In this document: positions 27,528-38,312 of the stretch, piece after piece
How positions within the stretch are numbered: the first letter of the stretch is position 1
How the letters are laid out: the number at the start of each line of letters is the position of its first letter
NCBI GenBank assembly: GCA_945482995.1
Contig: CALYRM010000005.1
Span: 1 to 51,733 of the forward strand
DNA length: 51,733 nt
Direction: 5' to 3'
Source: an uncultured Clostridia bacterium
Lineage (GTDB): Bacteria > Bacillota > Clostridia > Christensenellales > CAG-1252
Program-made: the position numbers and the translations under genes
Notes under the pieces: model-generated
What the model was told of the DNA's origin: nothing
The model's input: the letters and a program-made list of their open reading frames with translations, nothing else
The model's database searches: none

Positions 27528-29414
27528 CTATTCTAGTTTAAGGAAAACTACTGTTTTGGAATTACATTCGGTCAGAGGATAAGGAAATTGACTTGCGACT
27601 TTACCCTCGCCCTCAACTTCAAGATAAATACCCATATCATAACATTTTTTCTTTGCCTGTTCATAACTTAGTCCCGTAAAATCGGGCATCTTGAATGGTA
27701 CAAATTCGATGTCTGTTTCACTCGGTTTTTCGTTTTCATAAATAAATATATTCTTAAAAATCTCACCTACCATTGGAGCAGCAACTTGAGAACCATAATA
27801 TAAATACCCCTCGGGTTCGTCTACATAAAAATATATGACGTATTTCGGATTGTCATAGGTTGAATACCCAATAAACGAAGAAATATACTTACCCCTGTCA
27901 ATCGAGCCTTCCTTGTATTTTTGCGCTGTTCCCGTTTTTCCACCAATTTTATAGCCGGATACTCCTGCCAATCTTCCGCTTCCGTTATCAACAACGCCAA
28001 GCAAAAGCCGCCTTACCGTTTCACTTGTTTTTTCGCTAACTATTCTTTCTCCTTTATCTGTTACATTCTTATAAACCAAGGTTCCGTTATAATCGGTTAT
28101 GCACTCCAAAAAATGCGGAATTCTGTATATTCCCCCATTAATGATTGCACAAATTGTAGTTACCAACTCGATAGGCGTTACTGCTATTGCTTGACCAAAA
28201 CCCATTCTTGCTAAATCTACATTTTTTGCTATCTCCATAGGAATCAATAACCCCGAACTCTCGCCTAAAAAATCAATTCCTGTTTTTTTAGTTAAACCGA
28301 ATTTTTCGTAATAAGTATACATTTTTTCTAAACCTACACGCAAGGCTAAATCCATAAATACACAGTTACAGCTATTTTCAACCCCTTCCGCAAAGGTTTG
28401 GCTACCGTGTCCTAGCGATTTCCAGCATTTTATTTTCTTTCCGTCTACCACTCTTGATCCTGCGCAATAAAAGTTTTCATTTTCACTTACAACATTTTCT
28501 TCCAACGCTGCGGCTATTGTTATTATCTTAAATACCGAGCCTGTTTCGAAAACGTTGCTTATTGCAGAAAGTTTGCTCAGTTCAAAAAGTTTTGTTAAAT
28601 CACTTCTATCGACGTTATTAAGGTCGAATCCCGGCGTTTGGGCTAACGCCGTCACACCCCCTGTTTGCATATTCATGATAAGGCAACTTGCAGATTTTGC
28701 ATTAAACTTATGGTATGCGCTGCTTACCGCACTTTCAGCAAAACTTTGAATAGTTTTATCTATTGAAAGATTTACGTTAAATCCGTCTATTGATGGTAAA
28801 TAATAAATTTTATCATTCAAGTCTCTTCCTACTATGTCCGTTTCGGTCAGTTGTTCTCCGTCAATTCCTTTTAAGTACTCATCGTAGTACAATTCAATTC
28901 CGGTTTGTCCCAAGGTATCAACATTACAAAATCCCAGCAATGCCGCTCCAAGATTTCCATAAGGATAATATCTGCTTATATCCTTAGAAAAATATACGCC
29001 CTCAACACCGCTTTGAATTATTTGGTTCATGCTTTCTTTTGTCAATTTTTTGCAAAGAGTAATCTCCGACTGTCCCTTTTTAGATAGCTTTTCCATCAAT
29101 TTATCTTTCGGAATTGCCGTTGCTTCGCTTACTACCTCGGCAAGCCTATCTTTATCTTTTACGTTTACAGGTCTCACGTATAGAGTATAACTTGTTGCAG
29201 TTTTTGCCAATACATCGCCGTTTACATCAAATATTGTGCCTCTTTCAGCTTTTAGCGGAATATCTCTTGTCCATTGATCAAGGGCTTTAGCTTGCAATGT
29301 TGCCCCGTCTATTAACTGTACATAAATAAGTTTACCCACAACAACCAATAAAAAAAAGGCTACCACCAAACAAGTTGATAATAACCTTTTTTTGAAGTAA
29401 GTTTTTGATATCAT
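27528..29414 (-). CDS. Class B penicillin-binding protein (SpoVD/FtsI-like) with a C-terminal PASTA domain
   Basis: N-terminal TM, RGTIFD, SVFK (SxxK), SCN, KTGT. Confidence 0.9.
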   Translation of the reverse strand: MISKTYFKKRLLSTCLVVAFFLLVVVGKLIYVQLIDGATLQAKALDQWTRDIPLKAERGTIFDVNGDVLAKTATSYTLYVRPVNVKDKDRLAEVVSEATAIPKDKLMEKLSKKGQSEITLCKKLTKESMNQIIQSGVEGVYFSKDISRYYPYGNLGAALLGFCNVDTLGQTGIELYYDEYLKGIDGEQLTETDIVGRDLNDKIYYLPSIDGFNVNLSIDKTIQSFAESAVSSAYHKFNAKSASCLIMNMQTGGVTALAQTPGFDLNNVDRSDLTKLFELSKLSAISNVFETGSVFKIITIAAALEENVVSENENFYCAGSRVVDGKKIKCWKSLGHGSQTFAEGVENSCNCVFMDLALRVGLEKMYTYYEKFGLTKKTGIDFLGESSGLLIPMEIAKNVDLARMGFGQAIAVTPIELVTTICAIINGGIYRIPHFLECITDYNGTLVYKNVTDKGERIVSEKTSETVRRLLLGVVDNGSGRLAGVSGYKIGGKTGTAQKYKEGSIDRGKYISSFIGYSTYDNPKYVIYFYVDEPEGYLYYGSQVAAPMVGEIFKNIFIYENEKPSETDIEFVPFKMPDFTGLSYEQAKKKCYDMGIYLEVEGEGKVASQFPYPLTECNSKTVVFLKLE

Positions 29415-29417
29415 TGA

Positions 29418-30029
29418 TTAGCCTCCGACTATGTTACTAACCCAGTCGCATACTTTATCAAACCAATTTGTGTGCTCTTCTTCCTTTTTCTCGTATGGAG
29501 TCAACTCAACGGTAACCGGACCTTGTTCTGTCATAACAACGTTCAAGCCTTGTTCTGCAACCGAAAGATTGCTACCAGACGCCATAGCTACAGGGATATT
29601 TTTCTCGGGAAGAGATACCGAGTCGTTTTCCCAAGCAGTTCCCGGAACTGCAATAATTAAAGTAACTACAATTGCCAAAACCATAACGGCATACATTACC
29701 AATATAGAAGTTTTTTTGCGGTCAAACGTTTTTACGGTTTTTTCTTTTGGTTGTGAATACTCTCTTGAAATTTGTGGATTAAGGGATACTTGTCTATTAG
29801 AAACACCCTTATTTGCTACAATATCAGTATATCTGTTTGAATCCTCAAAATCGATCTCGGAGATAACTATTCCTTCACCCTCGGCTAAACAACCGTACAA
29901 ATGAGCACGGTATTCTTCACTTGACTCCTTGGCAATAAAGTCATAATGCTTTTCATTGCAATTGACTTTTGTTAAAGATGAGCTTGTTTCAATATTTTGA
30001 TTTTCAGTTTGTGCGCCTAAAGTCATCAT
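29418..30029 (-). CDS. Hypothetical single-TM protein in the ftsL position
   Basis: TM at ~aa 108-128; C-terminal NWFDKVCDWVSNIV; AGGAG SD; lies between rsmH and the PBP gene. Confidence 0.65.
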   Translation of the reverse strand: MMTLGAQTENQNIETSSSLTKVNCNEKHYDFIAKESSEEYRAHLYGCLAEGEGIVISEIDFEDSNRYTDIVANKGVSNRQVSLNPQISREYSQPKEKTVKTFDRKKTSILVMYAVMVLAIVVTLIIAVPGTAWENDSVSLPEKNIPVAMASGSNLSVAEQGLNVVMTEQGPVTVELTPYEKKEEEHTNWFDKVCDWVSNIVGG

Positions 30030-30062
30030 AGTTTATTCACTCCTATCCGTAATTATGACCGA

Positions 30063-30983
30063 TTAAATTTTCTTTTCCGCTATTCTTAACTTTGCACATT
30101 CGGATCTTGAATTCATATTCAATTCATCTTGTCCGGCCATTAATGGTTTCTTTGTTATTATTCTTATTGTGCTAACCTTTCCGCAAGTGCATACAGGCAT
30201 CTTTGGTGGGCATACACAATCAAGTTCTTGATACTTGAATTGTTGTTTAACAATTCTGTCTTCGAGACTGTGAAACGTTATAACGCAAATCCTTCCGCCT
30301 TTTTTGAGTTTTCCAATTGCGTCTTGTACCGCTTCGCTCAATCCCGTCAACTCTCCGTTTACGTATATTCGCAACGCTTGGAATACTCTCATATATGGAT
30401 TTGATCCCGAATATCTTGCTTTTACAGGAATCGCATTCCAAATAATTTCGGTCAAGTCGGTTGTCGTTTCAATAGGTTTATTGGCTCTCCTTGAACAAAT
30501 AGCCCTTGCAATTTGCCTTGAAAATTTATCCTCGCCGTATTCAAAGAAGATTTTTGTAAGTTCATTTTCGCTATAAGTGTTTACGACTTCTTTTGCAGTC
30601 AATCGATCGTCTCTCGACATTCGCATATCTAAATCGCCTTCAAGCCTATAACTAAATCCCCTTTCTGCCGTATCAAGTTGATATGAGCTAACCCCTAAGT
30701 CCATCAAAACTCCATCAAGCGAAGGAAGTTCGCTTATCGCTTTCTTGAAATCAGAATGTATAAAGGTAACATTATTGAATTCTTTTAGTTTTTCTTTTGC
30801 AGCAGCCAAAGCGTCTTGATCTTTGTCTACTCCATATAGATGACCGCTTGTCAATCTCTTGAGAATTTCGATTGAGTGCCCTGCGCCACCTAAGGTCAAA
30901 TCGGCATAAATACCATCGGGCTTAATTGCCAACCCGTCTATTACTTCATTGAGCATTACAGGTATGTGTTTAAATTCTGCCAT
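30063..30983 (-). CDS. rsmH: 16S rRNA m4C1402 methyltransferase
   Basis: HIPVM, DLTLGGAGHS, DLGVSSYQLD, FQALRI, FHSLEDRIVK. Confidence 0.96.
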   Translation of the reverse strand: MAEFKHIPVMLNEVIDGLAIKPDGIYADLTLGGAGHSIEILKRLTSGHLYGVDKDQDALAAAKEKLKEFNNVTFIHSDFKKAISELPSLDGVLMDLGVSSYQLDTAERGFSYRLEGDLDMRMSRDDRLTAKEVVNTYSENELTKIFFEYGEDKFSRQIARAICSRRANKPIETTTDLTEIIWNAIPVKARYSGSNPYMRVFQALRIYVNGELTGLSEAVQDAIGKLKKGGRICVITFHSLEDRIVKQQFKYQELDCVCPPKMPVCTCGKVSTIRIITKKPLMAGQDELNMNSRSECAKLRIAEKKI

Positions 30984-30985
30984 AA

Positions 30986-31426
30986 CTATTCAACCTTTGG
31001 ATCTAATCTAGAGAAACCTACGTCTCTTTCACGTCTGCGTAAATACAATTCAGGAGACCAAATTTCCAAAACCGTATTGTTACCAACCAAAAGTATTTTA
31101 TCTTTTAGGTTAGCGTAGTTGATAAGATTTTTAGGAATTCTATAACGCTTTTGATTATCACTTACAAAAGGCGCCATATCTGCGAAGAAATCTCTATAGT
31201 AGGAAACCATTCTAATTTCTTCTTCACTTCCGGTCCTTATCTCTTGATACTGTTTGGCAAGCTCTGATTTTTCTTCCAAAGCTTCTTGCGAGTATACCGC
31301 TAAGAAAGATCCCATTCCTTTACCTACATAAAGATTTTCTCCAAGTATCTCTTTAACAACTTGGGGTATACGAGTTCTGCCCTTTTCATCAAGGAAATAT
31401 TCGTAATTACCTGTTAAAATTTTCAT
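30986..31426 (-). CDS. mraZ: Division/cell wall cluster repressor MraZ
   Basis: GNYEYFLDEKGRTRIP and DNQKRYRIP (two AbrB-like repeats), LEIW; first gene of the cluster. Confidence 0.88.
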   Translation of the reverse strand: MKILTGNYEYFLDEKGRTRIPQVVKEILGENLYVGKGMGSFLAVYSQEALEEKSELAKQYQEIRTGSEEEIRMVSYYRDFFADMAPFVSDNQKRYRIPKNLINYANLKDKILLVGNNTVLEIWSPELYLRRRERDVGFSRLDPKVE

Positions 31427-31448
31427 GTAAGCTCTAACCTCGTTTTGA

Positions 31449-31490
31449 TTATACCACAATCGTCCACAAAAATCCACATTTAACCACAAA
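31449..31490 (-). promoter_or_regulatory. MraZ operator boxes overlapping the mraZ promoter
   Basis: GTGG four times at an exact 10-bp period (CCAC at 31454, 31464, 31474, 31484), adjoining TGG-TATAAT. Confidence 0.8.
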
Positions 31491-31828
31491 AAAACACTCA
31501 ATTTACATTAAGATTTCTTAATAATCGGCAAAATGAGAATAATAATTTCCATTTTATATACATATTGTACTATTTTGTAGTAATTGTATAGTCCTATATG
31601 TAGGTTTTGTATATTTTAAGGTGGTCAATTTGGGGGTTGAGCGTGGACGAACAAAATTTTAACGGGATAAAATCGCCACATTAAGTTAAAAAATTAGTTT
31701 AAAAAATGTACTTTATTTGCTTTTGTCGCTTAAAGCGGGTAATCGGTGGTTGGCTGTGGACGAAAAAAGTCAATAGTTTTAGTTGAATATTTTTTTGTTA
31801 TATTCTATAATATGGATAAGGTATTAAT

Positions 31829-32521
31829 ATGATTTACGCGATATCGGATTTACACATATCATTAAAAGGCGACAAGCCAATGAATATTTTTGGTTCTTCG
31901 TGGGATAACTATCTTCAAGAAATCAAAGCCGACTGGTTGAGTAAGGTATCTTATGACGATATCGTCCTTTTGTGTGGGGATTTAAGTTGGGCAAAAGATT
32001 TAGACGAAGCAATTTTTGATATGTCCTTTTTCACCTCCCTACCCGGCAGAAAAATCATAATTAAAGGCAATCACGAGTATTGGTGGACTAGTTATAGCAA
32101 AGTTAAGCTTGCACTACCTGAAAATGTATTTGCGATTCAAAACAATGCCCTATCCATGGAAAATTATGTTTTTTGTGGAACAAGAGGCTGGGATATTCCC
32201 ATTGAAGAGACAACTGACGACAATAAAAAAATCTACAATAGAGAGCTTTTAAGACTAGAAATGTCGCTAAAAGAAGGGACTCAAATAAAAAAAGAAAATC
32301 AAGAAATAATTTTAATGACTCACTATCCGCCTTATTCGGAAGGGTATAAGCCATCCGCTTTTACCGATATAATAGAAAAATACGGCGTAAAAAAAGTTGT
32401 TTACGGTCACATACATTCGAAAAAGAGTCCGCATAAAAAATATTTTATTTTAAACGGCGTAGAATACTTCCTTACAAGTTGCGATATTGTTGACAACCAA
32501 TTAATAAAAATTTCAGATTAA
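31829..32521 (+). CDS. Calcineurin-like metallophosphoesterase
   Basis: SDLH, GDLSW, GNHEYW, HYPP, YGHIH. Confidence 0.9.
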   Translation: MIYAISDLHISLKGDKPMNIFGSSWDNYLQEIKADWLSKVSYDDIVLLCGDLSWAKDLDEAIFDMSFFTSLPGRKIIIKGNHEYWWTSYSKVKLALPENVFAIQNNALSMENYVFCGTRGWDIPIEETTDDNKKIYNRELLRLEMSLKEGTQIKKENQEIILMTHYPPYSEGYKPSAFTDIIEKYGVKKVVYGHIHSKKSPHKKYFILNGVEYFLTSCDIVDNQLIKISD

Positions 32522-32709
32522 GCCTAGTTGATTAGGTTGTGGAAGTTCACCCAATATCATCATTTCAATCAAAGTGCGAATAATCAAAGTAGAGAAATAT
32601 CAAAGTACGCAGTACCAATTGCTTATTACTTATTGCTAATTGTACATAGCACATTGCCTATTCTATCCTCAATTAAATAAGCGTATTTCGCTGTTTTATT
32701 TAGTTGAAT

Positions 32710-32738
32710 GCACTTTTACACTTCCTTTTGCATATAAT
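32710..32738 (+). promoter_or_regulatory. Sigma-K/E-like promoter
   Basis: GCACT-N16-CATATAAT upstream of an AGGAGG SD. Confidence 0.5.
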
Positions 32739-32765
32739 CAAGTATAACAATCAGGAGGTTAAAAG

Positions 32766-33398
32766 ATGTCTTTTTCCAATAATATAAGACCGGATCGTAT
32801 GCCCGGACCAATAAACGGAAATCCTGTACAAGGTCTTTGCGAAAAAGTATGTATACAAGCAACAAAGGTATTTGATGCCTGTATTCGTCAAGAAACTCTG
32901 GCAAATACTACAGTATCATTGATTTCCACCATTCCAACACAAGTCACAACACCATTCACTTTTATTAGCGCTACAAGTACAACCTCAAGGGGACAAATCA
33001 ACAACCTTATAATTACACCTTTGACCGATAACGAACATTGTTCAAGACTGCAATTTGACGTGGATATACCTATAAGCGTTCTATTCACCGATGCAAACAG
33101 AACAAACGCTACGGGTACGGCTACACTTACTATTCCTAAAGATATTATATTACATATTCCCGAAGCCTCGGTCATTCCATATAGAATCGAAGCTGTCGTC
33201 AATGCCGTAAGCACTGTAGGAACATACGTTTCAGATGCAACGTTCAATTTGACTTTCTGCGTAACTGTAATTATCAAGGTCGTAACCGATGTCGAATTGC
33301 TCGTCCCCTCTTACGGCTATTGCTTTATACCGCCATGTCAAGAATTTCAAAATGAGGTTTGCGATGGATTTTTCGACCTACCGCTATTTCCTCAATAA
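32766..33398 (+). CDS. Clostridial hypothetical protein, probably spore-associated
   Basis: Strong SD; CIQATKVFDAC and LLVPSYGYC...C...C Cys motifs; mother-cell-type promoter; terminator follows. Confidence 0.65.
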   Translation: MSFSNNIRPDRMPGPINGNPVQGLCEKVCIQATKVFDACIRQETLANTTVSLISTIPTQVTTPFTFISATSTTSRGQINNLIITPLTDNEHCSRLQFDVDIPISVLFTDANRTNATGTATLTIPKDIILHIPEASVIPYRIEAVVNAVSTVGTYVSDATFNLTFCVTVIIKVVTDVELLVPSYGYCFIPPCQEFQNEVCDGFFDLPLFPQ

Positions 33399-33405
33399 CA
33401 ATAAT

Positions 33406-33438
33406 AAAAAAGTGCCCTCAAAACGAGGGCATTTTTTT
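33406..33438. terminator. Bidirectional intrinsic terminator
   Basis: A6-GTGCCCTC-aaaac-GAGGGCAT-T6 between convergent genes. Confidence 0.8.
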
Positions 33439-34033
33439 ATTCGAATTTATTGTCGTTTGTAAGAATCTGCTCAATTCTATCCAATACTGCTTCTTTACCT
33501 GTTTTATTCAAGCACGAAACGGGAATTATATTTCCGGGAGCAACCTTTAAGCCGGCCGCCAAAACTCTAACGGCATTTGCAACTTTGCTTTTTGCAACCT
33601 TGTCTGACTTATTGGCTATTATCGTAAAGGGAATATTATAATGATAACAATAATTAATCATTTGAATATCATATGGAGAATCGGGAATTCTTATATCCGT
33701 TATGATAAACAAATGCTTGAGCATTATACTATTTTGTAAATATCCCTCGATTATATCTCCCCATTTAGTTTTTTCGTCTTTGGAAACTCTTGCAAAGCCA
33801 TATCCCGGTAAATCGACAAGAAAAAATTCTCCGCTATTTACTTCAAAATAGTTGATCAATCTTGTTCTTCCGGGTGTTGACGAAGTTTTTGCGAGTTTGC
33901 CATTATCGGCTAAATAATTTATAAATGACGATTTTCCCGCATTACTCCTACCAACAACCGCGATTTCCGCACCTTGATTTAACAATGGACCGTTGGCTAC
34001 TGAAGTTGTAAATACAATTTTATTAAGTTTCAT
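33437..34033 (-). CDS. engB: Ribosome biogenesis GTPase YihA/YsxC/EngB
   Basis: GRSNAGKSS, SSTPGRT, DLPGYG, NKSD. Confidence 0.95.
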   Translation of the reverse strand: MKLNKIVFTTSVANGPLLNQGAEIAVVGRSNAGKSSFINYLADNGKLAKTSSTPGRTRLINYFEVNSGEFFLVDLPGYGFARVSKDEKTKWGDIIEGYLQNSIMLKHLFIITDIRIPDSPYDIQMINYCYHYNIPFTIIANKSDKVAKSKVANAVRVLAAGLKVAPGNIIPVSCLNKTGKEAVLDRIEQILTNDNKFE

Positions 34034-36308
34034 CTACTATCATTTCCTTAAATACCTCGTCGATATTTTCAACAAAGGTATATTGAATTTTATCCTTTAT
34101 GCTATCGGGCAATTTTTCGACGTCTTGTTCGTTAGCCTTTGGTAAGACGATTTTCTTGATACCCCTATTTATTGCGCCCATGGACTTTTCCTTAATGCCG
34201 CCAATAGCAAGAACTCTGCCGCTTAGGGTGATTTCACCTGTAAGCGCAATATCCGAGCGAATTTTCTTACCTGTATAGGCAGATAATATAACCGTAGCCA
34301 AAGCGATTCCTGCACTTGGACCGTCCTTGGGAACGGCACATTCAACGGCGTTTATATGCAAATCCTTTTGGAATAGGTTTGTATCTATTCCGTACTGTTC
34401 GGCACGGGATTTTACCAAAGTATAGGCTTGAGTTGCGCTTTCTTTCATAACGTCGCCTAACGAACCCGTAAGCTTTAACTCACCTTTACCAACACATAGT
34501 AAAGCCTCAATATCCATAGTTGTTCCACCATATTGAGTATAGGCAAGTCCTGTAATTACGCCAACCTCGTTTGGACGTGTATTTTCGTTTCTATGACTTC
34601 TTGCGCCTAACAGTTCTACCAATCTATTAGAAGTTACCACGTACTTTGTAACCTTTTTGTCGCCAAAGTTTGCTACGATTTTGCGACATATCTTAGCAAT
34701 TTTTTGTTCAAGCCCACGAACGCCTGCTTCTAGAGTATAGTTTAGGATAATATCGTTAACCGCACTTTTCCTAAATATTACACTATCTTGCGATAATCCG
34801 TTCTCTTTTAATTGCTTTGGAATCAAATATCTAATTGCAATTTGCTCTTTTTCCTCGGTAGTATAACTACCCATTTCGATGAGCTCCATTCTATCCAACA
34901 GTGGTTTTGCAATTTGAGAAATATCGTTTGCCGTTGTTACAAACAACACGTCTGACAAATCAAACGGTATATCAAGGAAGTTATCTACAAATGCCTTGTT
35001 TTGCTCGGGATCTAAAACTTCAAGCAATGCGCTTGCGGGATCACCCTTATAGTCATTGCTAAGCTTATCGATTTCGTCCATCAAGAATACGGGATTCATC
35101 GTTCCCGCACTTTTTATTCCTTTTATAATTTTGCCGGGCATTGAGGCTAAATATGTACGTCTATGACCACGAATTTCAGCTTCGTCGTGCATACCACCTA
35201 AGCTGATTCTAACATACTTACGGTTAAGAGCACGGGCAATAGATTTTACTACGCTCGTTTTTCCTGTTCCGGGCGGTCCATAAAAACAAAGGATATTTCC
35301 CCTGTTGTGATTGACCAATCTGCGAACAGCCAATGCCTCAATTACTCTATCTTTTACACTCTCAATACCATAGTGATCTTCATTAAGAACTTTGCGTGCA
35401 TTTTCAATGGAATTATTATCCTTGCTATACACACCCCATGGAAGTGAAGTAACCAATTCGACATAGTTGCGAGTAACGTAAGCCTCCGGAGAACCTGGCA
35501 TTAAGGTTGATATCTTTGCGATTTCATTATATAGTTTTTCTTTAATCTCCTCCGGCATAGCGGAACTTTCAACTAATGAACGATATTCGTCTAACTCATC
35601 GTCGCCATTTAATTCTTTGTTGATAATCTTTAATTGAGTTCTTAGATAATATTCTTTTTGATCCTTATTAATGTCTTCATTAACTTTATCGATAATATCG
35701 TCGTCGATTCTCGATTCAAACTCTTTTTTCTTCAAGCCATCATATATGATTTTCACCGCGTCTAAAGTATTATCGCAAACAAATAGCTGCTCTTGACGTT
35801 CTCTATCAAAAAGCATTGAGTTACTGTTCACCCAGTCTTCAATACTATCGTCAGTCAATTGATTAACACCAACAAAAAAGGGCTTTAACGCTTCGACATC
35901 TTTCAATCCTAAAATTAATTCATTTACTTTGGTTACATAAGAGCTTTCCTCTGTAAAGTCATCATCTCTTTGAATCATTAAAGGAAGGGGGTCTACCTCG
36001 CAAAAATCAAAATCAAACAGTGTTTTACCACGAATAAAAGAGGTGATTTCAACCTTATTAATACCCTTACAACTAATGACAAAATTTTCCGATGTCTTTC
36101 TGTTGACTATTCTCAATTTTTCCACAAGTGTGCCGTAATACTTTCCGTTATGAAGAAAAATTCCACTAACAAAAAATGAGTTATCGGTAAAATATTGCCG
36201 ATAAGACTCGTACAGCCTATCACCATAAAGATTAATATGCTTAAACGCATGTGAAAAAATTAGTTCGTCGTTATTTATAATTAAGTATTTTGTTGAACTA
36301 TCACTCAT
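34023..36308 (-). CDS. lon: Lon protease with a divergent N-terminal domain
   Basis: [27 protein letters not shown] (Ser), GGIKEK (Lys). Confidence 0.95.
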   Translation of the reverse strand: MSDSSTKYLIINNDELIFSHAFKHINLYGDRLYESYRQYFTDNSFFVSGIFLHNGKYYGTLVEKLRIVNRKTSENFVISCKGINKVEITSFIRGKTLFDFDFCEVDPLPLMIQRDDDFTEESSYVTKVNELILGLKDVEALKPFFVGVNQLTDDSIEDWVNSNSMLFDRERQEQLFVCDNTLDAVKIIYDGLKKKEFESRIDDDIIDKVNEDINKDQKEYYLRTQLKIINKELNGDDELDEYRSLVESSAMPEEIKEKLYNEIAKISTLMPGSPEAYVTRNYVELVTSLPWGVYSKDNNSIENARKVLNEDHYGIESVKDRVIEALAVRRLVNHNRGNILCFYGPPGTGKTSVVKSIARALNRKYVRISLGGMHDEAEIRGHRRTYLASMPGKIIKGIKSAGTMNPVFLMDEIDKLSNDYKGDPASALLEVLDPEQNKAFVDNFLDIPFDLSDVLFVTTANDISQIAKPLLDRMELIEMGSYTTEEKEQIAIRYLIPKQLKENGLSQDSVIFRKSAVNDIILNYTLEAGVRGLEQKIAKICRKIVANFGDKKVTKYVVTSNRLVELLGARSHRNENTRPNEVGVITGLAYTQYGGTTMDIEALLCVGKGELKLTGSLGDVMKESATQAYTLVKSRAEQYGIDTNLFQKDLHINAVECAVPKDGPSAGIALATVILSAYTGKKIRSDIALTGEITLSGRVLAIGGIKEKSMGAINRGIKKIVLPKANEQDVEKLPDSIKDKIQYTFVENIDEVFKEMIVDET

Positions 36309-37539
36309 TACCATCCTCACTGTATATAACTATCGGGGCAACGCCTTTTTCTACAACATCCTTTGTTATGACGACTTTTTGAACCTTGTCGTTACTGGGA
36401 ATTTCGTAGCTTATGTCGAGCATAATGCTTTCCAAAATGCTTCTCAAGCCTCTTGCACCCGTTTTTAAGGTGTTTGCTTTAACGGCAATTGCTCTAATAG
36501 CCTCGTTATCAAACACCAAATCCACGTTATCATATTTAAACATCTTGACATATTGCTTGATAATTGCATTTTTAGGTTGAGTCAAGATACTAATTAGAGT
36601 CTCTTCTTCTAAGTTATTTAAACCCGCAATTATTGGTATTCTGCCTACAAACTCAGGGATTAAACCAAACTTAATTAAATCGTTAGGTTGAATATCCTTG
36701 ATAAGTTCGGAATAGTTCTTATCACTTGCGTCGGGAAGTGACGCACCAAAACCAACGCTACCCTCGGATTTTCTTTGATTGATTATCTTTTCCAATCCAA
36801 CAAATGCTCCGCCGAAAATAAACAAAATGTTTGTTGTGTCTATTTGCAAAAATGCTTGCTCCGGATGTTTTCTACCGCCTTGTGGTGGAACATTGGCAAC
36901 TGTACTTTCAATAATTTTCAATAAAGCCTGTTGAACACCCTCGCCACTTACGTCTCTTGTTATTGAAACATTTTCGGTTTTTCGCGCGATTTTATCAATT
37001 TCATCAATATAGATAATACCTCTTTGAGCCTTTTCAATATCAAAATTTGCGTTTTGAATAAGTTTCAAAAGAATATTCTCAACATCTTCGCCAACGTAAC
37101 CTGCTTCTGTCAAGGTTGTTGCGTCAGCAACGGCAAAAGGCACGTTCAATATACGTGCAAGTGTTTTAGCAAGCAAAGTTTTACCGCTTCCCGTGGGACC
37201 CAACAGTAAAACGTTACTTTTTTCAAGCTCGACCTCATCCTTCGGCATATTCGAGCTTATACGCTTATAATGGTTATATACGGCGACTGAAATAATCTTT
37301 TTTGCTTCGTCTTGTCCAACAATATAATCGTCAAGACGCTCCTTGATTTGCCTAGGAGTCAACAATTTTTGAGTCGGAGCATTATCTATTGAGACATCGT
37401 ATTCGTCCAACATTTTTTTACACTTGTTGGCGCATGTTTTGCAGATATAACTGTTTTTAACTCCTGCTACCAATCTACCGACTTCTTCTTCGCTTTTACC
37501 ACAAAATGAACAAATAAATTCTTTCTTTTTTTCTGACAT
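36301..37539 (-). CDS. clpX: ClpX ATPase
   Basis: CSFC...CKTC Zn finger, [25 protein letters not shown] loop. Confidence 0.97.
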   Translation of the reverse strand: MSEKKKEFICSFCGKSEEEVGRLVAGVKNSYICKTCANKCKKMLDEYDVSIDNAPTQKLLTPRQIKERLDDYIVGQDEAKKIISVAVYNHYKRISSNMPKDEVELEKSNVLLLGPTGSGKTLLAKTLARILNVPFAVADATTLTEAGYVGEDVENILLKLIQNANFDIEKAQRGIIYIDEIDKIARKTENVSITRDVSGEGVQQALLKIIESTVANVPPQGGRKHPEQAFLQIDTTNILFIFGGAFVGLEKIINQRKSEGSVGFGASLPDASDKNYSELIKDIQPNDLIKFGLIPEFVGRIPIIAGLNNLEEETLISILTQPKNAIIKQYVKMFKYDNVDLVFDNEAIRAIAVKANTLKTGARGLRSILESIMLDISYEIPSNDKVQKVVITKDVVEKGVAPIVIYSEDGNE

Positions 37540-37552
37540 AACTATTATTAAG

Positions 37553-37580
37553 TCACTCCGATAGAAAAATATCGGAGTGA
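37553..37580 (-). terminator. Hairpin between clpP and clpX
   Basis: TCACTCCGATA-N6-TATCGGAGTGA. Confidence 0.45.
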
Positions 37581-37617
37581 TTCTCTTGGTTCTATATTTA
37601 TTTTTAATTTGATAAGA

Positions 37618-38220
37618 TTATTCTCTATTTGTATAAATCTTATCTATAATACCATATTCAAGCGCTTCCTCAGCTGATAGGAAATTATCTCTTTCGGTGT
37701 CAGCCGTTACTTGCTCAAAGGTTTTCCCTGTATACTCTGCCAAAAGTCTATTCAGCTTTTCTTTAAGTCTTAACGTATGACGAGTATGGATTTCTAAATC
37801 GGTTGCTTGACCGCTGTAACCAGACAACACTTGATGAATCATTATTTCGCTATTTTTCAAAGAATATCTCTTGCCCTTTGTACCGCTTGCCAATAAGAAC
37901 GCACCCATTGAAGCGGCTTGACCAATGCAAATTGTAACGACGTCACAATTGATATAACGCATTGTATCGTGAATAGCTAATCCCGCAGTAACCTCGCCAC
38001 CCGGACTGTTAATATATAGGAAAATATCCTTCGTAGAATCCTTGCTCTCTAAATATAGAAGCTGCGCAACAACCAATTCGGAGATTGCTGTATCAATTTC
38101 GCCCGAAAGGAAAATAATGCGGTCGTCAAGAAGTCTTGACATGATATCCCCTGCGAAATCACCATTTCCTCCTCTAACGTTGGGCAAAAATCTTGCCATT
38201 TTATCGTTTCTATTCTCCAT
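37618..38220 (-). CDS. clpP: ClpP protease subunit
   Basis: YINSPGG, AASMG, MIHQ, RDNFLSA catalytic triad motifs. Confidence 0.96.
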   Translation of the reverse strand: MENRNDKMARFLPNVRGGNGDFAGDIMSRLLDDRIIFLSGEIDTAISELVVAQLLYLESKDSTKDIFLYINSPGGEVTAGLAIHDTMRYINCDVVTICIGQAASMGAFLLASGTKGKRYSLKNSEIMIHQVLSGYSGQATDLEIHTRHTLRLKEKLNRLLAEYTGKTFEQVTADTERDNFLSAEEALEYGIIDKIYTNRE

Positions 38221-38312
38221 AGAGTCCTCCCTTAATTATTATAGACTTATTTTTTAAATCTTTCGCTAAAAAATATATAGGGTTTACGAGTATTTTGTCG
38301 TATGAAGTAGTA

